Origin: Elusimicrobiota bacterium
GTDB lineage: Bacteria; Elusimicrobiota; Elusimicrobia; UBA1565; UBA9628
NCBI GenBank assembly: GCA_027319565.1
Contig: DAHVNA010000024.1
Location: 1 to 32,034, forward strand
Direction: 5' to 3'
Length of the DNA: 32,034 bases
Each line of letters begins with the position of its first letter. Position 1 is the stretch's first letter. The position numbers and the translations under genes are program-made. Below, one piece after another: positions 25,630 to 32,034 of this stretch. A model generated the notes under the pieces. It saw nothing but the letters and a program-made list of their open reading frames with translations, had not been told where the DNA came from and did no database searches.

Positions 25630-27080
25630 AGATAGTGATGGCGGCCAGCGAGGCCGTCCCTTTTTCCAAGACCGGAGGCCTGGCCGATGTCGCCGGCGCT
25701 CTCAGTCAAAAAATAGCGGAATTGGGAAATGAGGTTCTCCTGGTTTCGCCCAAATATCAAGCCATTTCTCCCCATTACACCGAGAAAGCGCGAAAAATTT
25801 CCCTCTCCGTTTCCTTGGGCGCGAGATCCTTTAACGGCCAGTTGTGGGTTTTTGAGCATAAGAATGTAACGGTCGCGCTAGTGGATTTTCCCGAATTCTT
25901 TAATCGCCCGGGTCTCTACGGAGAGGCGGGGAAAGATTACAAGGACAACGATCTCCGTTTCGCTTTTTTCGCGAAATCGGTTTTGGAAACCTCCAAAACC
26001 CTCCAGTTTAAGCCCGCGATCATCCATGCCCATGATTGGCAGACCGGACTTATCTCCGCCTTTCTCAAGAGCCCGCGCGCGGATGATTTTTTTAGTGATA
26101 CAAAAACGGTTTTTACCATTCACAATCTCGCCTATCAGGGAAATTTCCCGCCGGAAAGCGTTCAGACCTGCGGAGTCGACCCCTTATTATTTAACTCGGA
26201 AGGTCTGGAGTTTTACCGCCAGATGAGTTTCATGAAATCAGGCCTTGTTTTCTCCGATCTGCTCAATACCGTCAGCCCCACCTATGCCCAGGAAATCCAA
26301 GCCTCTTCCGAACGCGGATTTGGATTTGAGGGGCTTTTAAGCTCCCGCAAGCTCGATCTTCACGGAATTCTCAACGGGCTAGACACAGAACTTTGGGATC
26401 CCCAAAAAGACCCGACCCTTGAAAAAAAATACTCCAGCGAAAACTATCCCGAGGGAAAAGCCGCGGCGAAAAAAGAAATTTTTCTTAGAGGAAACCTCAG
26501 CGTTCCGCCAAAAATTCCCCTCATCGGAATAGTCTCTCGCCTGGACCGACAAAAAGGTTTAGACATCGCCCTAGAAGCCTTGAAGGACAATATCGAGAAT
26601 ATCGCCCTTGCGGTCATTGGGACCGGAGATCCGGCTCTTGAAAAAGCTTTTTCCGATTTCGCCCAAAAATTTCCGCGGCGCGTTTATTTTCATTCCCGTT
26701 TTGACGAAGCCTTTGCCCATCAAATTTACGCGGGTTCGGATATTTTTTTGATGCCCTCTCGCTTTGAGCCCTGCGGACTGGGACAGATGATCGCGATGAG
26801 ATACGGTTCGGTTCCGGTCGCCAGTCGCACCGGCGGGCTTGCCGACACCGTTTTTGAATCATCCGGGAACAAAAAAAACGGCTTTCTCTCTGAGCCCGGG
26901 AACGTTCAAGACCTCAAAGACGCGCTTGGCCGCGCGCTCAAGGCTTATGCCGAGCCTTCCTGGAAAGAACTGGTCCTCGCCGGAATGAACAAGGATTTTT
27001 CTTGGGAAAAATCCGCCAAGGATTATCTGAAGCTCTACCAATTAGCCCGAAACTTAAACGCCGGCGTCAAAACTTTCTAA
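25626..27080 (+). CDS. glgA: Glycogen synthase
   Basis: KTGGLADV, HAHDWQ, TIHNLAYQG, PSRFEPCGL. Confidence 0.97.
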   Translation: MKIVMAASEAVPFSKTGGLADVAGALSQKIAELGNEVLLVSPKYQAISPHYTEKARKISLSVSLGARSFNGQLWVFEHKNVTVALVDFPEFFNRPGLYGEAGKDYKDNDLRFAFFAKSVLETSKTLQFKPAIIHAHDWQTGLISAFLKSPRADDFFSDTKTVFTIHNLAYQGNFPPESVQTCGVDPLLFNSEGLEFYRQMSFMKSGLVFSDLLNTVSPTYAQEIQASSERGFGFEGLLSSRKLDLHGILNGLDTELWDPQKDPTLEKKYSSENYPEGKAAAKKEIFLRGNLSVPPKIPLIGIVSRLDRQKGLDIALEALKDNIENIALAVIGTGDPALEKAFSDFAQKFPRRVYFHSRFDEAFAHQIYAGSDIFLMPSRFEPCGLGQMIAMRYGSVPVASRTGGLADTVFESSGNKKNGFLSEPGNVQDLKDALGRALKAYAEPSWKELVLAGMNKDFSWEKSAKDYLKLYQLARNLNAGVKTF

Positions 27081-27322
27081 TTGCCGTGGGACAAAGATTT
27101 CAGTTTTTCCCTCAAGCCGCCCTGGGCTTTGCGGGGAAGCGTTGCGGCGGATTTTAGCGCCCCCAAAGCCCCGACGGTTTTTTGGAGAGTCTTAAAAAAC
27201 GCCACGCAGGGCCTGCAGTCTTTGAAATGAGATTTAATTTTAGCGAGAGTCTTGGGGTCCAAAGAACCGTCAATATAATCGGACATTTTGCGGGAAAGGC
27301 TTTTGCAATGAGGTTCTTTCAT
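27077..27322 (-). CDS. Zinc-finger (zf-HC2) anti-sigma factor
   Basis: HFKDCRPC (HxxxCxxC); overlaps the stop of the ECF sigma gene by 4 nt. Confidence 0.9.
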   Translation of the reverse strand: MKEPHCKSLSRKMSDYIDGSLDPKTLAKIKSHFKDCRPCVAFFKTLQKTVGALGALKSAATLPRKAQGGLREKLKSLSHGN

Positions 27323-27900
27323 TTCACCTTTTCCTTAAACTCCTCTTCAAAGCGTTCCCTTAAGTAGATGCGCCCGCGGTGAAGCCGCGATTTGACCGCG
27401 GGGATGCTGAGCTTTAAAATCTTCGCCGTTTCTTCCGCCGAAAGGCCTTCAATGTCGCGCAAGGTTACGACCAGCCGGTAATCGGAAGGAAGCTCGGACA
27501 AGGCCTTAACCACCGCCTCCTGCAATTCTTTTTTTCTTGAAACTTCCTCGGGGTTGGGAAACCAGTCCTTAAACTCCCACGGAACCTCATTTTCGTCCGT
27601 CCGATGGCGATCTAAAATAGAGACGACCGGTTCCCGCTTTTTCTTGCGAAAGCGCACCCAGCAAAGGTTCGCCGCGATCCGGTAAAGCCAGGTTCCCAAA
27701 TTCGAGCGGTTTTTAAATCCCTTGATATTTTTAAACGCCGAGAGAAATGTCTCCTGATAAACATCTTCGGCGTCCGACGGCATTCCGGCGCAAACATGAT
27801 GGGCGAGGCTAAAAATTTTATTTTCGTAATTGCGGATTAACTGGGAAAAAGCCTCCACATCGCCGGCTTTACTTCTCTCGATTAACTCCGACTCTTTCAT
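27319..27900 (-). CDS. ECF-family RNA polymerase sigma factor
   Basis: AEDVYQETF, TWLYRIAAN, AVKSRLHRGR. Confidence 0.95.
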   Translation of the reverse strand: MKESELIERSKAGDVEAFSQLIRNYENKIFSLAHHVCAGMPSDAEDVYQETFLSAFKNIKGFKNRSNLGTWLYRIAANLCWVRFRKKKREPVVSILDRHRTDENEVPWEFKDWFPNPEEVSRKKELQEAVVKALSELPSDYRLVVTLRDIEGLSAEETAKILKLSIPAVKSRLHRGRIYLRERFEEEFKEKVK

Positions 27901-27906
27901 CGGAAA

Positions 27907-29094
27907 TTACGCCTTGACCAAGGAAGGGCTGTCAAAATTTTTGAGCAGATGGCGGGAAATCACCAGTTGCTGGATTTGTGAAGAGCCCTCTCCGATTTGA
28001 TAGAGTTTTGAATCCCTAAAAAACCGCTGAACCGGGCATCCAAGCAAGGAGCCTTCCGGGCCAATCAAGTCTAAAATCTCGCTGGTGGCGCGAACGGCCA
28101 AATCGCCGCTGATGAGTTTGGCCATCGAAGCTTCTTGGGAATAGGGGCATTTTTGATCCATTAAAAACGCGGCGCGCCAGGTTAAAAGCCGGGCCGCATC
28201 CACTTCAGAGGCGATCTGAGCCAAGATTCTTTGAGCGTAGGTCAGTCCCGGATTTTCAGGAGTGATTCCGTAATCGGCTTGCCTCTCTTTGACCCAGCCA
28301 ATTCCCTCTTCCAAGGCCGCGCGCGCAATTCCCACCGAAATCGCCGAAATAGCGACCCGCCCGCCGTCTAAAACCACCATCGCGTCCCGAAAGGCGCGGC
28401 CCGCTTTTCCAATGACGGCTTCTTTGGGGAGTTTCAAATTGTGGAGATGGAGTTGCGCGGTATCAGACGATCGAAGCCCCATCTTCTTTTCTATTTTTCC
28501 GATGTTCAGCCCGGGAGTCCCTTTTTCCACGACAAAAGCGGTTAAACCTTCCCGGCCGTTTTCGGTAAACTCAGCGGAGGTCTTGGCAAAAATCACATAG
28601 ATGCCAGCGACCGAACCCTGGGTGGTAAAGGTCTTAGACCCGTTGAGAACCCAATAAACCCCGTCAAACTCGGCCCGGGTCTGAATCGAGGCCGCATCCG
28701 AGCCCGCGCCCGGTTCGGTTAAAGCCCAGGCTCCCAGGTCTTGGCCCGAGGCCAAGCGCGGAATATAGCGCAGGCGCTGTTCTTCGCTTCCGTGCAAATA
28801 AATTTGGCTGGAACAAAGCCCGTTATGGGACTCGATGGTGAGCGCAATAGAGGCGTCTACCCGGCCCAATTCTTCCAAGATAATACAGAGCCCCAGCTCA
28901 TCTTCTCCCAGCCCGCCGTATTTTTTGGAAAATGGAATGCCCCAGAAGCCCATTTCTTTAAGCAGCGGAACGGTCTCCCAGGAAAATTCTTCTTTTTGAT
29001 CGCGCAGCGCGGCCTTGGGCGCAAGCTTCTCATCGCAGAACTGCCGAACGCGCTTTTGAAGTTCCAGATGATGCGGGGTTAAATTGAAATCCAT
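27907..29094 (-). CDS. Acyl-CoA dehydrogenase
   Basis: ALTEPGAGSD, LNGSKTF, KMGLRSS, IGEGSSQIQ. Confidence 0.95.
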   Translation of the reverse strand: MDFNLTPHHLELQKRVRQFCDEKLAPKAALRDQKEEFSWETVPLLKEMGFWGIPFSKKYGGLGEDELGLCIILEELGRVDASIALTIESHNGLCSSQIYLHGSEEQRLRYIPRLASGQDLGAWALTEPGAGSDAASIQTRAEFDGVYWVLNGSKTFTTQGSVAGIYVIFAKTSAEFTENGREGLTAFVVEKGTPGLNIGKIEKKMGLRSSDTAQLHLHNLKLPKEAVIGKAGRAFRDAMVVLDGGRVAISAISVGIARAALEEGIGWVKERQADYGITPENPGLTYAQRILAQIASEVDAARLLTWRAAFLMDQKCPYSQEASMAKLISGDLAVRATSEILDLIGPEGSLLGCPVQRFFRDSKLYQIGEGSSQIQQLVISRHLLKNFDSPSLVKA

Positions 29095-29098
29095 AAAC

Positions 29099-30013
29099 TC
29101 ATTTTACAAGTTTTTCGGGCTTTGGACCCTCAGGTTTTAGAGCGGCGCAGTAAACTCCCAATAAGATAAGGATTCCGCCCAAGAGACTGCCCCAGTTCAG
29201 AGCCTCTCGCAAAAGGAAAACTCCGAAGAGAACTCCTAAAAGGGGCTGGACAAAAATAAAATAAGCCAGCATCGAAGCTGAAACCCGCTCCATCGCCAGA
29301 TTCCAGGTCAAAACTCCGGCGAAAGACACGCCCAAGGACAGATAAAGGACAAAGAGAAAGCTGGGGCCGGGAATGGGAAGTCTTAAAACCGCGAACTTCT
29401 CAATTCCGGCAAAGAAAAGAAGCGGAAAAATAGCCAAGAAAGAAGTCAGAGCGGTCAAGCTCAAGGCGTCTATTTTTTTAAGGAGAGGTTTTCCAAGCAC
29501 GGTATAGAGAGCGAATAAAATCCCTTGAAGACACAAAAATCCGTCCCCCAAGTAAGAGCCGCGGGAAAAATCAAACAGCTGGGTTAAAGAACTGCCCTGG
29601 GAAACAATTAAAAAGGACCCCAATAAACTAACGCAAAGCGCGAATATTTTGAGGGCGGAGAGTTCCTCATCCAAGAAAATAGCCGCTAAAAAGATAAGGG
29701 CCACTGGTTCTAAGGCCATCAGAAGCGCGGCGTGGGTTGCGCTGGAAAGTTTTTGTCCCCACGCTCCGAATACAAGAGGGGCGTCATAACCGATAGCGGC
29801 AATCAAAAAAATTCTTCCCCAATCCTTGAGATTCAGAGGGTTCTTTCTTAGAGCCCGAACGCAAAAAGGGAAAAAAAGAGGCCCCGCAATCACCACCCGC
29901 CAAAACACCACCGCAAAAGGAGAAAGATTTTTTAAGGCGTAGGCGGTGGCCAAAAAAGAAGCCCCGCCCAAGCTATTCGTCAAGAGAAGCAGAAGAAAAG
30001 AGCCGAGGTCCAT
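29099..30013 (-). CDS. DMT/EamA family transporter
   Basis: 304 aa with about ten hydrophobic segments in two EamA-like halves. Confidence 0.9.
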   Translation of the reverse strand: MDLGSFLLLLLTNSLGGASFLATAYALKNLSPFAVVFWRVVIAGPLFFPFCVRALRKNPLNLKDWGRIFLIAAIGYDAPLVFGAWGQKLSSATHAALLMALEPVALIFLAAIFLDEELSALKIFALCVSLLGSFLIVSQGSSLTQLFDFSRGSYLGDGFLCLQGILFALYTVLGKPLLKKIDALSLTALTSFLAIFPLLFFAGIEKFAVLRLPIPGPSFLFVLYLSLGVSFAGVLTWNLAMERVSASMLAYFIFVQPLLGVLFGVFLLREALNWGSLLGGILILLGVYCAALKPEGPKPEKLVK

Positions 30014-30022
30014 ACCCCAAGC

Positions 30023-32034
30023 TCAGAGAGGCAAGCGCGAAATGGAAGGCAAATCAATCCCGTGGGCCTTGGCCGCCGCGCGGATAGGCTCTTCGTAGAG
30101 AATATTTCCATCTCGGTCCATGGCATTGAGAAGAACGTGGGTTACCGCCGCGGGGATATCAGGCATATATCCAAAAAGAACCGGAATAATTAATTCCGCC
30201 GCTATTTTTGCGCCTTCCTCCTTTCCCAAGCCTGCAATTAAAGATTTTCTTAAATCCCACGCAAATCCCATCCACGCCAGCCCTTGCTGGTGAATTTCGT
30301 CTTGAGAGTTGAATTGATAATCATTTTCCCCGTTTCTAATCCAATCCGGGCTTTGTTTTTTCAAAAATCCCTCTCCGATTAAGGGCGTATCGAGCATAAA
30401 CATGGACACAATATCGCCCCAGCCCTCGCCCAGCCCCTCATTGGGCATGATTCCGGCGGGGTGATCTAAAACCGGGAGCTTGTAATGATAGGAAAAATAG
30501 GCCCGCGCGCGCTTAAGCATATTCATAAAAAAACCGGCGGGCGGATTGTGAATCATGTCATCGGCCTTATGGGTCATTTCATGGAACAAAATTCCTATCT
30601 TTCCGGTGTCGGAATATTCCTCGCTTGCGCGATCGGAATGAATATCCCCGCTTTCGGAGCTGTACCAGGCGTTTCCAGATTCAGGAGAATTGACCCGAAT
30701 GGTCGTGCGATAATCCAGGCGATGATCGGAGTTTAAAATGCCGCGCAGCCACGCGCGATGCCGGGAATCGGCCACATAGGCGTTGACCTGGTTGACCATC
30801 AAAGGATCTGTCCCCTCCGGCTCAAAAACCACGACATTATCCAAACCTTGGTGAATGCGCGCCGAAACTTCAATGGGCTCCCCATTTTCATTGACCACTT
30901 CGGTAAAAAGGCCGGACAATTTCGCCTTAACGGTCGCTTCGCTATCCCGGATATCGGCGGAGAAACGCCCGTTTTCATCGCTGGTATATTCCCGCCCGTC
31001 GATCGTCAGATGAAGATAGGGGATAGGCTGCGGAGATAAAACCATTTTCCCCTCCGGCCGCCGGTCGTCTGATTCCGCCCGGGCCAAAACCTGGCCTTCG
31101 GCCTTCCGCGCCGACATCAAACCCAGGGGAGACATCTGATTTCCGCCCTTGGGCGCCGCTAGGGGGCGCAAGCGATCGGCAATATCCGGCGGCAGCCCCA
31201 GAGAATTGGAACTTCCGTCATTATCCCAGATAAAAATATCTCCGCTAAATAAATCGGCCGCGATGGTCACGGGAAGGCCCTTTTTTCGGTAGAGATTCAC
31301 CGCGCGCCAACGCCCATGGCGCTCAATGACCGTTCTTCCCAAAAAGCGAATCAAGGTCTCGGGAGAATCCGCAAAACGCGCGCGAACCGCCTCGTTTAAA
31401 TCCTGGTCTCTTAAAATAGGTTTTTGGGGCAACTCAATTCCCGAATAGATGTTTGAATGAAGCGAAACCAAGAAAGGGCGGCCTTTGACCACCTTAATTG
31501 TCGCCGCGACATAGGATCCCCAGATAGGCAAGGAAATTAAAGAGCCGCCCGGAGTCTTTACATCTTTTTTTTGGCGAAAATAAGCGTAGAGAGTGTCCGC
31601 CCGGTTGGAAGAGCCGGGATGGGCGGTCACATAAACCGTGGATAAATCCAGACTGGAAACTCCCAAGCGGGATTTTTGAAGATCTATTTTTTCCCGCAAC
31701 ACCTTTTCAACCGCGAATTCATCCTTGGGATTAATATGGAGTTCGATGGGGTTCTTGAGAAATCCGTCCGCATCTTCCCCGTCCCATAAATTTCGGTGGA
31801 CCACGCTCTGCGGTAAAGAATCAGCCTCCAAATCCATCGCTTCAGAAAGCGCTGGAGGCAAGTCTAAGGGTTTAGGCAAACTGAGGGGCAAAAGACTCCC
31901 GGAATATTTAAAGCCGCCCCAAAAGCGGTTAAAGATAGAGTTTTGTTTTTTAATTTTTGAAATTTTAGAAAAGAAAATTTTTAAAGCGCGCTTTCGGCCC
32001 AAAGAAGAGGAAATCCCTTGGGGAATTTTCTCGC
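30023..32034 (-). CDS. M36/M4-like zinc metallopeptidase, 5' end outside the window
   Basis: GNAWY, HEMTH, GLGEGWGD and EIH motifs; the frame stays open from 32002 to the window edge. Confidence 0.82.
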   Translation of the reverse strand, partial: EKIPQGISSSLGRKRALKIFFSKISKIKKQNSIFNRFWGGFKYSGSLLPLSLPKPLDLPPALSEAMDLEADSLPQSVVHRNLWDGEDADGFLKNPIELHINPKDEFAVEKVLREKIDLQKSRLGVSSLDLSTVYVTAHPGSSNRADTLYAYFRQKKDVKTPGGSLISLPIWGSYVAATIKVVKGRPFLVSLHSNIYSGIELPQKPILRDQDLNEAVRARFADSPETLIRFLGRTVIERHGRWRAVNLYRKKGLPVTIAADLFSGDIFIWDNDGSSNSLGLPPDIADRLRPLAAPKGGNQMSPLGLMSARKAEGQVLARAESDDRRPEGKMVLSPQPIPYLHLTIDGREYTSDENGRFSADIRDSEATVKAKLSGLFTEVVNENGEPIEVSARIHQGLDNVVVFEPEGTDPLMVNQVNAYVADSRHRAWLRGILNSDHRLDYRTTIRVNSPESGNAWYSSESGDIHSDRASEEYSDTGKIGILFHEMTHKADDMIHNPPAGFFMNMLKRARAYFSYHYKLPVLDHPAGIMPNEGLGEGWGDIVSMFMLDTPLIGEGFLKKQSPDWIRNGENDYQFNSQDEIHQQGLAWMGFAWDLRKSLIAGLGKEEGAKIAAELIIPVLFGYMPDIPAAVTHVLLNAMDRDGNILYEEPIRAAAKAHGIDLPSISRLPL

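Overview
Bacterial chromosomal window, mostly minus-strand genes. Elusimicrobiota origin is a tentative inference from the signal-peptide plus low-complexity-leader proteins. The left end holds a type V-B CRISPR-Cas locus. In transcription order on the minus strand it reads: a 1067-aa Cas12b with all three RuvC acidic residues intact, a cas4-cas1 fusion, cas2, a tracrRNA foldable by hand, a leader, and the first repeat-spacer-repeat of an array cut by the window edge. Just upstream of cas12b, below the ORF-track cutoff, is a 42-aa ORF matching the Cas5 N-terminus (type I-C-like). A second 18-aa Cas5-like start, a 10-bp tandem repeat and a Schlafen/AlbA_2-ATPase-HTH gene follow, and that gene is bracketed by two copies of a conserved hairpin element. 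Next come a FabA-FabA/FabZ-like dehydratase pair and a three-gene operon of signal-peptide proteins, including a ClpA-like ATPase lacking its second pore loop. A decayed mazEF, xth and an unannotated 56-aa ORF follow. The rest is housekeeping: rarA, zapA, zapB-like, pheT, pheS, rplT, rpmI, infC, trpS, scpA, scpB, glgA, an ECF sigma/anti-sigma pair, an acyl-CoA dehydrogenase, an EamA transporter and a 5'-truncated zinc metallopeptidase. All calls come from motif recognition by eye; no searches were run.
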